Shown: positions 9,270 to 18,867 of the stretch, piece by piece
Numbering within the stretch: position 1 is the first letter of the stretch
Layout of the letters: each line of letters opens with the position of its first letter
Source: Dehalococcoidia bacterium
GTDB lineage: Bacteria > Chloroflexota > Dehalococcoidia > SHYD01
DNA: 64,000 bases
Assembly: GCA_009692945.1 (NCBI GenBank)
Contig: SHYD01000001.1
Coordinates: 11,898 to 75,897, forward strand
Direction: 5' to 3'
Notes under the pieces: model-generated
The model's database searches: none
What the model saw: the letters and a program-made list of their open reading frames with translations, nothing else
What the model was told of the DNA's origin: nothing
Position numbers and translations under genes: made by a program

Positions 9270-10334
9270 CTATCGGCGGGTCGTCCTCGGGTTGAACGCA
9301 TCGTTCAGCCCGTCTCCCATCAACGCGAAGCAGAAGAAGACGACGGACGCGATGGTGATGGGCATCAGGAACACGGGAGCCACCCGGCAGGCGAACTGGT
9401 CGACCAGCAACGACTGGCTCTGGTTCTCCCAGATCATGACGCCGAGACTGGGGGTTGGGGGTTGGATACCCACCCCCAACCAACTGAGCACCAACTCGGA
9501 GCCGATGGCGCCGCCCAGGGAACCTGACAGGATGATGATGACGATGTTGAGCGTGTTCGGAATAATGTGCTGTACAACGATGCGCGAGGTGCGGGCGCCC
9601 AGCGCCCGGGCCGCCGTCACGTAGTCCATCTCCCGCTGCACCAACACCTGGCCTCTAATCAGCCGTGCCACGCCCACCCAACTGAACACCGACATCGCGC
9701 CGAACACCACCACGTAGTCCACCAAGCCCGATTCCACCAGCCCAGAAATGCTCGGCATGCTCTGGGCCCACGCCAGCACCCGCGGCCTGATGGTGGCGCT
9801 GATGAGGATGACCAAGAGCAGGCCGGGGAACGCGAGGAACACCTCGCCCACCCGCATGACGATCGTGTCCAAGCGGCCCCGCAGGTAGCCGGTCAGGACC
9901 CCCAACGTCACGCCAAGCAGGATGCTGCCGGTGATGATCGTGGCAATCGAGACGATCACCGAGGTCCGCATGCCCCACAGAATGCGGCTGAAAAGGTCAC
10001 GGCCCAACCGGTCGGTGCCAAGCAGGTGTTCCGGAGAAGGGGCGATCTTGGGAGGGGCCTTGCTCTCCTCGAACATCGCAGTGACCGCACAGAACGGCTG
10101 GGTCAGCCAGCCCGGCTGGAACGAGTTGTCGAGGTTCTGCTCACGAAAACCATAAGGGGCGAACATCGGGCCGATTGCCCCACCCACGTAGAACAGCAGG
10201 ATGACGAGCAGCGACCCCATCGCCAGTTTCTTGGTGCGAAACCGTTCCCAACCCAGCGCCCAAAGGCTCTTGCTCTTGGTGCTGCGGCCGTGCGCCTGAT
10301 CGGAAAGAGCGGCAATGCCGCTGGAGGTGGCCAC
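9270..10334 (-). CDS. ABC transporter permease, DppC/OppC family
   Basis: BPD_transp_1 membrane protein with EAA-like loop (..AARALGARTSRIVVQHIIPN..). 354 aa, N-terminal extension typical of OppC/DppC. Confidence 0.85.
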   Translation of the reverse strand: MATSSGIAALSDQAHGRSTKSKSLWALGWERFRTKKLAMGSLLVILLFYVGGAIGPMFAPYGFREQNLDNSFQPGWLTQPFCAVTAMFEESKAPPKIAPSPEHLLGTDRLGRDLFSRILWGMRTSVIVSIATIITGSILLGVTLGVLTGYLRGRLDTIVMRVGEVFLAFPGLLLVILISATIRPRVLAWAQSMPSISGLVESGLVDYVVVFGAMSVFSWVGVARLIRGQVLVQREMDYVTAARALGARTSRIVVQHIIPNTLNIVIIILSGSLGGAIGSELVLSWLGVGIQPPTPSLGVMIWENQSQSLLVDQFACRVAPVFLMPITIASVVFFCFALMGDGLNDAFNPRTTRR

Positions 10335-10342
10335 GGATCGAC

Positions 10343-11296
10343 CTACTGGAGCCGGATCCGGGGGTCGAGGAAGGTGTAGCCGATATCGACGATCAGGTTC
10401 GCCATTACGTACGCCGCCGCCACCAGCAGGGTGATGGCCATGATGATGGGGTAATCCCGTGCGAAGAAGGCGTCGACCGCCAGTCTCCCCACTCCGGGGA
10501 TCCCGAACAGCGTCTCGGTGATGAACGCGCCTTCAACCAACGAGGCCAGGGAAAGTCCGACCACGGTAAAAATCGGAAGAATAGAGTTGCGGGTGATGTA
10601 ATGCAATCTGACCGTCCCCTCGGATAGCCCCTTGGCGCGGCCGGTCCGGACATAGTCCTGATTGATCACCTCCAGGGTACTGGCCCGCATCAGCCGGGCG
10701 ATACCCCCGATGGGGCCGAGGCACATGACCAGAGTGGGCATGATGACCTTGGGGTGGAGCAGTCCTTCCCAGCCGGAGGAAGGCAGGAGGTGGAACTGGC
10801 GGCTGAGAACGTACGCCAGGATCGGTTGAAGGATGAACACCGGTAGCGAACTGAGCAAGAGGCCGGTGGAAATAGTTAACGGGTCGACCCAGCGCCCCTG
10901 GTTTGTGGATGCGATCAATCCGAAGATGACCCCGATCGTCACCCCGATGGCCAGGCTGAGGGCGCCCAACTGCGCCGACACCGCGATGCGGCTGAAGATG
11001 AGGTCGGAGACCCGCTGCCCCGTGAATTTGTAGCTCTCACCGAAATCCCCCCGAATCACGCCCCGCCGCTCCTCCGAGCCGTCGCCGAAGACGTAGGTGG
11101 CATACTGCTCGAGAAACGGCTTATCAAGGCCCCGCTCCCGCCGGATGCGCTCCACCACGGCGGGATCGTTCTTCTGGCCCATCAGCACCTGGACGGGATC
11201 GCCAGGTCCGTAGTACCCCAAGCCAAAGGTCACGAAGGTGACCACCAGCAGGCCGATGGGAGTCCAGATGAGCCTGCGAACGATGTAAGCCAGCAT
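10343..11296 (-). CDS. ABC transporter permease, DppB/OppB family
   Basis: MLAYIVRRLIWTPIGLLVVTFVTF.. typical DppB start. ..TGRAKGLSE..RNSILP.. EAA motif. Confidence 0.88.
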   Translation of the reverse strand: MLAYIVRRLIWTPIGLLVVTFVTFGLGYYGPGDPVQVLMGQKNDPAVVERIRRERGLDKPFLEQYATYVFGDGSEERRGVIRGDFGESYKFTGQRVSDLIFSRIAVSAQLGALSLAIGVTIGVIFGLIASTNQGRWVDPLTISTGLLLSSLPVFILQPILAYVLSRQFHLLPSSGWEGLLHPKVIMPTLVMCLGPIGGIARLMRASTLEVINQDYVRTGRAKGLSEGTVRLHYITRNSILPIFTVVGLSLASLVEGAFITETLFGIPGVGRLAVDAFFARDYPIIMAITLLVAAAYVMANLIVDIGYTFLDPRIRLQ

Positions 11297-11307
11297 GGCT
11301 TGTCCGC

Positions 11308-12903
11308 TTATTCGACCGAGATATACCGGTAGTGCGAGATGGTCATCGGCGCCGGCTTGTAGCCTTTCACCTTCGGTTTCACCAACTGATAGTGCTTACC
11401 GTGATACAGCGGCACCACCGCGGCATCGCTGACCAGCAGTTGCTCTGCCTCCTGGTACTTCTTGGAGCGGTCGCCAGGATTGGGATCGCCCCGGGCCTGC
11501 TCGATGAGGCGGTCGACCTGCGGATTGGAGTACGAGCCATTGTTATCGAGGCTCTTGGAGTAGAACAGGATGTCCACGAAATTCTGCGGGTCCGGATAGT
11601 CGGCAGACCAGCCCAACTCGTACATCTGGTACTTGTTCTTCTTATTCTGCAAGGGGTTGCGCTTGACGTCCCCCAGGAACTGCGCCCATTCGGATTGTTG
11701 CACCTTGACCTCGACACCCAAGTTGGTGCGGATCATTTCCAGCAGTGCCTCACTGGCCGGGCCGATGGTCGTCGAACTGCTGGGGATGGTGTAGGTGATC
11801 GGAGGAAGGGTGCCGCGGTACTTGGATTCCTGGAGCAGCTGCTTGGCCCTGGCTGGGTCGAATTTGATAGCCTGGACGCCGGAGTTATAGCCGGGGAGTC
11901 CGGGTGGGAGCACCCCGTCGGCCCGGGTCAACAGTCCTTTCCAAACCACGTTGGCAATTTTGTCGCGATCGATGGCGGCGGTGAAGGCCTGGCGCACCTT
12001 GGCATCATCGAAGGGCGGAACCTCGGTGTTGAATCCGACGTACCAGATATCCAACGATGGCGCAATGACGAACTCTTTGTTCAACGGGTTGCTGGAGTCC
12101 TTGATCCGCTCGATGTCGTTGATGCCCACCCCCGAGATGTCGACTTCGTTGTTCTCATACATCGTCATGGCGCTGCCGCCCGCCAGCAAGAAGTTGATTT
12201 TCGTCAGCTTGGCGGGTTCCTGATAGTAATTGGAATTCCGCTCCAGGACGATTCGTTCACCTTTCTTCCATTCGGTCAAACGGAACGGGCCGGTCCCGTT
12301 CGGCTTGTCAATCCAGGTCTTGCCGCCGGAATCCACGTTTTCTTTGTCCACCACGAAAGAAGTGGGGTAGGTCATCTTGGCGAGGAAGTAGAAACGGGGC
12401 GCCTCCAGTTCCACCTGGAGCGTGCGGTCGTCCAAAGCCTTAACGCCGGATATCTCCTGGGCCTTCCCCTCCAACTTTTCAGCAACACCCTTGATGTCGC
12501 CGAGATAGGTATCGGCGGTGGCCGATCCCAGCTTGGGATCGGTCGCCCGCTCCCAACTGTACTTGAAGTCCTTCGCGGTAACGGGCTTGCCACTGTGGAA
12601 CTTGACGTTGTCGCGCAGCTTGAAGGTGTAGGTCGCACCGTCCTTGCTGATGTCCCAAGACTCAGCTATGTCCGGGACAATCTGGAGTTGGGTGTTCAGA
12701 GAAACCAGGCCGCTGAAGATCTCGACGACATACTCCGAGGCGCTGGTATCGCTCATCAGGGCCGGATCGAGGGTCGGGGGCTCGGAGCCGAAGACCGTAA
12801 GCTGGCCCGCGCCTCCTCCGCTGGACGAGGTGCCCGCGGCGCCCCCACATGCGACGGTGGTGACCATCAATAGAGCCGCGCAAGCTACGGCGCAGAGTTT
12901 CAT
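11308..12903 (-). CDS. ABC transporter substrate-binding lipoprotein, family 5 (peptide/nickel/opine type)
   Basis: Lipoprotein signal MKLCAVACAALLMVTTVACGG, SBP_bac_5 features (..AESWDIS.DG.TYTFKLR..VKFH.G..). Confidence 0.85.
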   Translation of the reverse strand: MKLCAVACAALLMVTTVACGGAAGTSSSGGGAGQLTVFGSEPPTLDPALMSDTSASEYVVEIFSGLVSLNTQLQIVPDIAESWDISKDGATYTFKLRDNVKFHSGKPVTAKDFKYSWERATDPKLGSATADTYLGDIKGVAEKLEGKAQEISGVKALDDRTLQVELEAPRFYFLAKMTYPTSFVVDKENVDSGGKTWIDKPNGTGPFRLTEWKKGERIVLERNSNYYQEPAKLTKINFLLAGGSAMTMYENNEVDISGVGINDIERIKDSSNPLNKEFVIAPSLDIWYVGFNTEVPPFDDAKVRQAFTAAIDRDKIANVVWKGLLTRADGVLPPGLPGYNSGVQAIKFDPARAKQLLQESKYRGTLPPITYTIPSSSTTIGPASEALLEMIRTNLGVEVKVQQSEWAQFLGDVKRNPLQNKKNKYQMYELGWSADYPDPQNFVDILFYSKSLDNNGSYSNPQVDRLIEQARGDPNPGDRSKKYQEAEQLLVSDAAVVPLYHGKHYQLVKPKVKGYKPAPMTISHYRYISVE

Positions 12904-12993
12904 GTTACGGACTCCTGTTCACCTACGTAGTGTCTCGTCAGACCGCATGGCGCGCCGGTCTCGACCATTCCGCTGCGTCTCGGGAACGCCTCC

Positions 12994-13022
12994 ACTATAA
13001 CTGCCGAGGCATCGATCTTCAA
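12994..13022 (-). promoter_or_regulatory. Putative sigma70-type promoter for the peptide ABC operon (TTGAAG-N17-TATAGT on the minus strand)
   Basis: Minus-strand reading ttgaagatcgatgcctcggcagttatagt, about 90 nt upstream of the SBP ATG at 12903. Confidence 0.4.
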
Positions 13023-13060
13023 TACGGAAACCGGGAGGTCTTGTTCCAACCCCGGCTCAG

Positions 13061-13071
13061 CCCCCCCCCCC
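13061..13071. repeat. Homopolymeric C11/G11 tract
   Basis: cagcccccccccccgctcag. The tract lies 2 nt after the aspS TGA (minus strand: GCTGAGC-G11-CTGAGCC). Confidence 0.9.
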
Positions 13072-13073
13072 GC

Positions 13074-14891
13074 TCAGCCGTGCCCGCGTTCCGGCTGCCG
13101 CACCGCGAGGTGCAGGTCCCGAATCTGCTGATCTGCCACCAACGAGGGGGAATCGGTCATAACGTCCACCGCGCTCTGGTTCTTGGGGAACGCTATCACC
13201 TCTCTGATGTTGGTGGCCTCCGCCAGCAACATCACCAGCCGGTCGATGCCCGGAGCGATTCCTCCATGGGGCGGAGCCCCGTACTCGAAAGCCTCGAGCA
13301 GGTGCCCAAAGCCCGCGACCTGATGCTCGGGCGAATAGCCCAACAGGCTGAGCACCCGCTCCTGGAGTTCGCGGGAGTGGATCCGAATGCTGCCGCTGCC
13401 CAATTCGTAGCCATTGCAGACCAGGTCATAGTTCTGGGCCCGCACGTGCCCGGGGGCGGTTTCGAGCAGCGGGAGGTCGGAGGGTTGGGGCGCGGTGAAC
13501 ATGTGGTGGGAGGGCTCCCAGCGGTTTTCGTCCGCGTTCCACTCCAGCAGAGGGAAGTCCACCACAAAACCCATCGCCAGCATGTTCGGCTTGGCGAGGT
13601 AGAGCCGGCGGCCCATATCGGCGCGCAGTTGAGCGAGGGCCCCTTCCACCACGGCGCGCGGCCCAGCCACCAGGAGCAGCAGGTCGCCCGGGTGGCCATC
13701 CATCTCGACGGAGATCGCTCTCACCTGTTCGATGGTGAAGAAACGGGCGGACGGGCCCCGAACGGCGGCCATCTCCAACGATTCCAGCGGCCCGCCTGCC
13801 TGCTCCGCCGTTCCTAGGGCGACAACTACCACACCCTTTGCCCCGTACGACCGGGAGAGGTCCTGCAGTTCGTCGAGTTGGCGCCGCGAGTAACCCGCAC
13901 AACCGGCAGCAGCAAATCCCCGCACCACGCCACCCTCCCGCAGCACACTCCGGAACACCTCGAACTCAGAATCGCGGACCAGTTCCGAGACATCCGCGAT
14001 CTCCATGCCAAAACGCAGGTCAGGCTTATCGGTCCCGTACTTCAGCATGCTCTCGCGGTAGGTGAGGCGGGGAAACGGCGTGAGCATCTCCATGCCAGGA
14101 CGAACCGCTTTCACGAGTCCAGTCAACAGCCGCTCAGTCAGGTCGAGAATGTCCTCCTGCTCGACCCAGCTCATTTCCAAGTCGAGCTGGGTGAATTCCG
14201 GTTGCCGGTCAGCTCGCTGATCTTCGTCCCGAAAGCAGCGGGCGATCTGGAAATATTTCTCATACCCCGCGACCATCAAGAGCTGTTTGAGCTGCTGTGG
14301 GGACTGGGGAAGAGCGTAGAACTTGCCGGGATACAGGCGGCTCGGCACCAGGTAATCGCGCGCTCCCTCCGGGCTGCTCTTGATGAGAATGGGCGTTTCT
14401 ATCTCGAGAAAGCCCTCGGCATCGAGGAAGTCACGGATGTATTTCACGGTGCGGTGCCGCAGGATGATGGTCTCCTGCATGTGGGCACGGCGGAGGTCCA
14501 AGTAGCGGTACTTCAACCGCAGCGCCTCGTCGACCTCCACCTCTTCATTGATATAGAAGGGCGGCGTGAGGGAAGCATTGTGAATGACCAAGGCGTCGGT
14601 CAGGACCTCGATGTCGCCTGTGGGCAGGCGCGCATTCTCGGTCCCGGCCGGGCGCCGTCCCACCTTGCCGGTGACCTGGATGACGTACTCGTTGCGCAAC
14701 TCCCGGGCGATCTGGTGAGCCTCAATCGATTGTTCCGGATTAAACACCACCTGGGTTAGCCCCCAACGGTCCCGCAGGTCCACGAATACCAGGCCGCCGT
14801 GGTCGCGCCGCCGGTGGACCCAGCCGGCCAGCGTCACCGTGGCTCCGATATCCGTCGCCGTCAGTTGACCGCAGGTGTGTGTCTTCAGCAA
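13074..14891 (-). CDS. aspS: Aspartyl-tRNA synthetase
   Basis: MLKTHTCGQLTATDIGATVTLAGWVHRRRDHGGLVFVDLRDR.. OB-fold N-terminus. Class II motifs (..FRDEDQRADRQPEFTQLD.., ..GGSIRIH..), insertion domain present. 605 aa. Confidence 0.95.
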   Translation of the reverse strand: MLKTHTCGQLTATDIGATVTLAGWVHRRRDHGGLVFVDLRDRWGLTQVVFNPEQSIEAHQIARELRNEYVIQVTGKVGRRPAGTENARLPTGDIEVLTDALVIHNASLTPPFYINEEVEVDEALRLKYRYLDLRRAHMQETIILRHRTVKYIRDFLDAEGFLEIETPILIKSSPEGARDYLVPSRLYPGKFYALPQSPQQLKQLLMVAGYEKYFQIARCFRDEDQRADRQPEFTQLDLEMSWVEQEDILDLTERLLTGLVKAVRPGMEMLTPFPRLTYRESMLKYGTDKPDLRFGMEIADVSELVRDSEFEVFRSVLREGGVVRGFAAAGCAGYSRRQLDELQDLSRSYGAKGVVVVALGTAEQAGGPLESLEMAAVRGPSARFFTIEQVRAISVEMDGHPGDLLLLVAGPRAVVEGALAQLRADMGRRLYLAKPNMLAMGFVVDFPLLEWNADENRWEPSHHMFTAPQPSDLPLLETAPGHVRAQNYDLVCNGYELGSGSIRIHSRELQERVLSLLGYSPEHQVAGFGHLLEAFEYGAPPHGGIAPGIDRLVMLLAEATNIREVIAFPKNQSAVDVMTDSPSLVADQQIRDLHLAVRQPERGHG

Positions 14892-14967
14892 GCTTCCCCC
14901 CTTTTTGTCACGCTGGCATTGAGTATGAGTTCAGAATCAGGGGCCGGCCGCATGAACCACGCCCTCA

Positions 14968-15088
14968 CCCCCACAAATTGAGGAGCATTCTCGGTGGGGG
15001 CCACCCCCACGCCCCCGGCAGAGGGCTGCCGCCCCCGTGCACTCCCGCTCCTGAGCCCGATAGTACCCTCAATTGTGAACTCTTACGG
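14968..15088. repeat. Intergenic repeat, copy B (short form)
   Basis: GAGGAGCATTCTC box, then GGGGGCCACCCCCACGCCCCCGGCAGAGGGCTGCCGCCCCCGTGCACTCCCGCTCCTGAGCCCG, then CCCTCAATTGTGAACTCTTACGG terminus. Confidence 0.8.
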
Positions 15089-15140
15089 CCTCAATTATAG
15101 GGGAAGGGAAGCGACTCCAGCGTGCTATCATGAACCCGCG

Positions 15141-16394
15141 ATGCCGCCCCTCTCTGTCTATATCCACGTTCCTTTCTGCCAGCGCAAGTGCCACTATTGC
15201 GACTTCAATACCTACGCGGGCATCGACCATCTCATCCCGCCGTACGTGGAGGCGCTGCTCTCCGAGCTGCGGAACTGGGCGGGACTCGCCCGCGGCCACC
15301 AGGTGACCACCGTGTTCCTGGGAGGCGGTACCCCCAGCCTGTTGAGCGGGGCTCAGATGCAGGCCGTGCTCGACGCCTGCCGCGCCTCATTTTCGCTCGT
15401 TCCCGATCCGGAGATCACCATCGAGGCGAACCCGGGCACCGTGGCTCCCGGCAAACTGGAGCAGTATCGGAACGCCGGTGTCAACCGGATCAGCTTCGGC
15501 GCTCAGAGCTTCGACCCCGGTGAACTGGCGTGGCTGGGGCGCATTCACTCCGAAGCGCAGGTTGGCGAGGCCGTGGCGATGGCCCGGCAGGCCGGGTTCC
15601 GGCGGCTGAACCTTGACCTCATCTGCGGCCTCCCCGGGCAATCGACCGCCCGATGGGAGGCCAATCTTCAGCAGGCGTTGGCACTGAGACCGGAGCACCT
15701 GTCGTTGTACGCGCTTTCCGTGGAGGAGGGGACGCCGCTCGCGGGCTGGGTGGCCTCGGGCCGGACCCCGGAGCCCGATCCGGATGTGGCGGCCGACCAT
15801 TACCTCGCCGCAGACACGATCCTCTCAACGGCAGGCTTCCACAACTACGAGATATCGAACTGGGCCCAGCCGGGCGAGCAGTGCCGCCACAACCTCACCT
15901 ACTGGGAAAATCGGCCATATCTGGGACTGGGCGCCGGCGCCCACGGCTGCTTCGGCGGGTTCCGGTACCACAATATCCTGTTGCCCCAGGAGTACATCAA
16001 GCGGCTCACCTCGAATGAGGATCCCTCCCACAGCGAACGGCCAGCGTTGGCCGGCATGGCAGGCCGGGTGGCTGCTGCAAGTCCGGTGGCGGGCATCAAC
16101 AGGGTCGAACCGGCAGAAGACCTGCTGGACACCTTAACGTTGGGACTGCGCCTCGCCCGTGGCATCGCCTTTGGTGACTTCAAGGCCCGCCACCAAGTGG
16201 ACCTCCGCGGCCGTTACGGCGCGGTCTTGGCGGAGACTCAAGCGCTCGGCCTACTCCGAGCGGAATCGGAACGCATCAGCCTAACGGTGCAAGGCCGCCT
16301 GCTGGCCAACGAAGTATTCGTGCGTTTCATGAATGCCGATACCACCGGCGGTCCGGTCACCGTCGCCGGGCCGGCTGGGGCTCAGGCAGACTGA
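15141..16394 (+). CDS. hemW: Radical SAM heme chaperone HemW / oxygen-independent coproporphyrinogen-III oxidase-like
   Basis: MPPLSVYIHVPFCQRKCHYCDFNT (CxxxCxxC), HemN-like core. The six-frame ORF starts at 14994 but its first 49 codons run through repeat copy B. Confidence 0.85.
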   Translation: MPPLSVYIHVPFCQRKCHYCDFNTYAGIDHLIPPYVEALLSELRNWAGLARGHQVTTVFLGGGTPSLLSGAQMQAVLDACRASFSLVPDPEITIEANPGTVAPGKLEQYRNAGVNRISFGAQSFDPGELAWLGRIHSEAQVGEAVAMARQAGFRRLNLDLICGLPGQSTARWEANLQQALALRPEHLSLYALSVEEGTPLAGWVASGRTPEPDPDVAADHYLAADTILSTAGFHNYEISNWAQPGEQCRHNLTYWENRPYLGLGAGAHGCFGGFRYHNILLPQEYIKRLTSNEDPSHSERPALAGMAGRVAAASPVAGINRVEPAEDLLDTLTLGLRLARGIAFGDFKARHQVDLRGRYGAVLAETQALGLLRAESERISLTVQGRLLANEVFVRFMNADTTGGPVTVAGPAGAQAD

Positions 16395-16423
16395 CTTTCA
16401 AGATCCGAAGGGGGAGGTGCCAC

Positions 16424-17017
16424 ATGCTGGGAGGAATGGGACCCTGGGGGGGTCCGGGCGGTGGGTTCGGCGGGCTCGGAGGCGCCGGCGGGGGCGGGTT
16501 TGGAGCGGGGATGGGCGGATTCGGGGCCGCGCCGCCAGCCATGCCCGAAGGTCTGGTCCAGTTCGAGGTGACCGCCGAACGGATAGCCCTCGGGCTGATC
16601 AGCGCCCGAGTGAGGACTCGCGCTCTCATTGAGCTGCTCGAAGATAAAGGGGTGCTCGGGCGCGACGACTTCGACGGTCACGCCGCCAAGGTCTGGGACC
16701 GCGACTATGACGCGTTGGCGGCCGAATTGCTGGCTCCGCCGGAAGGAGAACCAGCGCCGCCGCCATCGTCTCCGGAGGGCCGAACCAGCGTGCTTGATGC
16801 CCCGCTGCCGCCGCAGGCGACGGCCGGCTATTACCGCGAGCGGCTGTTTAATGTTGTGGACGCCTCGGTGGCGGGGAGGGTCCGGATGCGGGCGCTCATC
16901 GAGCTGCTGGAGGCACGGGGGATCTTCCAGCCGGGCGATTTCGACCGCAAGGCCGAGGAGATTTGGGACCGCGATTACGAGGAACTGTCGGCCGAGTTCC
17001 ACAAAGGCAACTATTGA
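16424..17017 (+). CDS. Hypothetical protein: Gly-rich N-terminus plus two tandem ~45-aa repeats
   Basis: Strong RBS (aagggggaggtg) 8 nt upstream. N-terminus MLGGMGPWGGPGGGFGGLGGAGGGGFGAGMGGFGAAPP. Internal duplication SARVRTRALIELLEDKGVLGRDDFDGHAAKVWDRDYDALAAEL / AGRVRMRALIELLEARGIFQPGDFDRKAEEIWDRDYEELSAEF. Confidence 0.6.
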   Translation: MLGGMGPWGGPGGGFGGLGGAGGGGFGAGMGGFGAAPPAMPEGLVQFEVTAERIALGLISARVRTRALIELLEDKGVLGRDDFDGHAAKVWDRDYDALAAELLAPPEGEPAPPPSSPEGRTSVLDAPLPPQATAGYYRERLFNVVDASVAGRVRMRALIELLEARGIFQPGDFDRKAEEIWDRDYEELSAEFHKGNY

Positions 17018-17061
17018 TCGGTGCGATGCAATCCAACGTGGCTCATCCAACGTGCCTCAGC

Positions 17062-17090
17062 TTGACATCAACGCGGGCACTGCCTTATAA
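17062..17090 (+). promoter_or_regulatory. Putative sigma70 promoter (TTGACA-N17-TTATAA)
   Basis: cttgacatcaacgcgggcactgccttataac, about 70 nt upstream of the SBP gene at 17159. Confidence 0.5.
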
Positions 17091-17158
17091 CCCGTGCAAT
17101 CGATTGGGTTCGGCCCCCGGCTGACCCTGGGTAGGCTCAACACAATGGGAGACACCCC

Positions 17159-18829
17159 GTGAAACGATTTGCAATCGTGATCGGACTGTTGGCGCTGGTG
17201 GCCCTCGCGTGCGGCCCTGCGTCGAAGTCGACCTCGCCCGAAATAAGCCAATCACAACTCAAGGAGACCACCCCGCAGAAGGGGCCTGGGCAGCAGTGCG
17301 AACCGGGCAAGGAGGCGTGGCGCTCGGCTGGGGCGCCGAAACGCGGCGGCACGCTGGTGCGCAGCGCAACCTCCATCGGCCACCTCGACAACAGCAAACC
17401 GATGACGGCCTCCGGGCCTGGACAGGGGATCCCCCAAGTCTACCAGGGGCTGGTGGAACTGCGTTCCTGCTACTTCGAGGACCTCACCATGGTCCCCGCC
17501 CTCGCCAAGTCATGGCAGGTCTCGGCCGATGGGACCACCTGGACCTTGAAACTGCAGGACCAAGCCCGCTGGCACAATAAGCCCCCGCTGAACGGGCGAG
17601 CGTTCACCGCCGCCGATGTCGCCTGGACCATCGACCTGCAAAAGAACGAGGGTCTCCTGAAGCCGTATTGGGCAGGGGTTGAATACCAGATCACTGATCC
17701 CATGACCATCGTGCTGAAGACGAAGGAAGCGGACGCCGATTTCCTGACCAAACTGGGCGACTTCCGCAACATGATCATGCCCAAAGAAGTCTTTGACCAA
17801 AACGGCGACTACCGGACCGTGGCCATCGGCACCGGCCCGTTCATGGTGAAGGAGTACAAGGCGGACCAAGAATACATTATGGAGCCGAATTCGTCGTACT
17901 TCGAGAAAGGGGGCGACGGCAAGCAGTTGCCCTATTTCGATTCGGTCAAAACCGTCGTGCTGTCGGACGCCGCCGCGGAGATCGCCGCGCTGCGCAGCGG
18001 TCAGGTGGATCACACCAAATTCAATGGTGTCGAGAAGAACGACGCGGATGCCCTGCGCCAGAGTAACGCCAAAGTGCGGATTTACGAACAACTGGTTTTC
18101 TCGACCATCAGCGTCTGGATGGATGCGACCCAGAAACCCTTCGACAACCCCCAGGTCCGGAAAGCGGTCCAGCTGGCGGTGAACTCGGAAGACATGATCG
18201 GCCGCTACGGCGGCGCTGCGGTCCGCTCGGGATTCGTTCCCGCGTTCCTCAAGGATTACGCCTGGCCGCCGGAGAAACTGCAGGCGAAGTTCGCCCAGAA
18301 CCTCCCCGAGGCGAAGAAGCTCATCGAGGCTTCCGGCTTCCGGCCGGGCGACGACAAGATAACCATGAAGACCGCCACCATCTTTCAGCAAGACGCTGAA
18401 GTGGTGGCCAAGCAACTCGAGGCCATCGGTATCAAGACCAACATCGTGGTGGATGCGCCGAACTTTGCGCCGGTATTCAGCAAAGGCGACTTTCTGATAG
18501 CTGTGGGGTCACCGGGTGGGGTCTGGTTCCCCACCTATTGGACTAGCGACCTGTTCCAGCCGAGTTCGGCGCCACGGTTCCTCAAGATCAACGACGCCCA
18601 GTTAAATTCGCTGGGCCTCGCCCAGGCTAAGGAAATGGACGCGGCAAAGCGGAAGCAGACGCTCGACCAGATCCAGGACCGCCTTTACGATTTGATGCCC
18701 TACGTTCCGATGGTGAGCCGTCTGTACTACCACGTCGCCTCGTGCCGTTTGCAGAACATGCGGCAGGTGAACAGTTCCTACAATCCGCCGATGGTGAAGG
18801 AAGCCTGGATCGACGCCTCGTCGTGTTAG
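17159..18829 (+). CDS. ABC transporter substrate-binding lipoprotein, family 5
   Basis: Lipoprotein signal MKRFAIVIGLLALVALACG. SBP_bac_5-like (..ALAKSWQVSADGTTWTLKL..). 556 aa. No permease or ATPase genes adjacent. Confidence 0.8.
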   Translation: MKRFAIVIGLLALVALACGPASKSTSPEISQSQLKETTPQKGPGQQCEPGKEAWRSAGAPKRGGTLVRSATSIGHLDNSKPMTASGPGQGIPQVYQGLVELRSCYFEDLTMVPALAKSWQVSADGTTWTLKLQDQARWHNKPPLNGRAFTAADVAWTIDLQKNEGLLKPYWAGVEYQITDPMTIVLKTKEADADFLTKLGDFRNMIMPKEVFDQNGDYRTVAIGTGPFMVKEYKADQEYIMEPNSSYFEKGGDGKQLPYFDSVKTVVLSDAAAEIAALRSGQVDHTKFNGVEKNDADALRQSNAKVRIYEQLVFSTISVWMDATQKPFDNPQVRKAVQLAVNSEDMIGRYGGAAVRSGFVPAFLKDYAWPPEKLQAKFAQNLPEAKKLIEASGFRPGDDKITMKTATIFQQDAEVVAKQLEAIGIKTNIVVDAPNFAPVFSKGDFLIAVGSPGGVWFPTYWTSDLFQPSSAPRFLKINDAQLNSLGLAQAKEMDAAKRKQTLDQIQDRLYDLMPYVPMVSRLYYHVASCRLQNMRQVNSSYNPPMVKEAWIDASSC

Positions 18830-18867
18830 GCGCCACCGGTCATGAATAACCCAGAGGAGCTTGCACC

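Noticed and set aside
11332-12873. 513-aa plus-strand ORF antisense to the SBP gene
   Set aside because: Shadow ORF of a well-supported minus-strand lipoprotein SBP.
13878-14759. 293-aa plus-strand ORF antisense to aspS
   Set aside because: Shadow ORF.
16424-17017. NHLP-type RiPP precursor assignment for the Gly-rich duplicated protein
   Set aside because: The resemblance is limited to a short helix motif. There is no Cys/Ser/Thr-rich core peptide, no GG cleavage motif and no neighbouring maturase, so I kept it as hypothetical.
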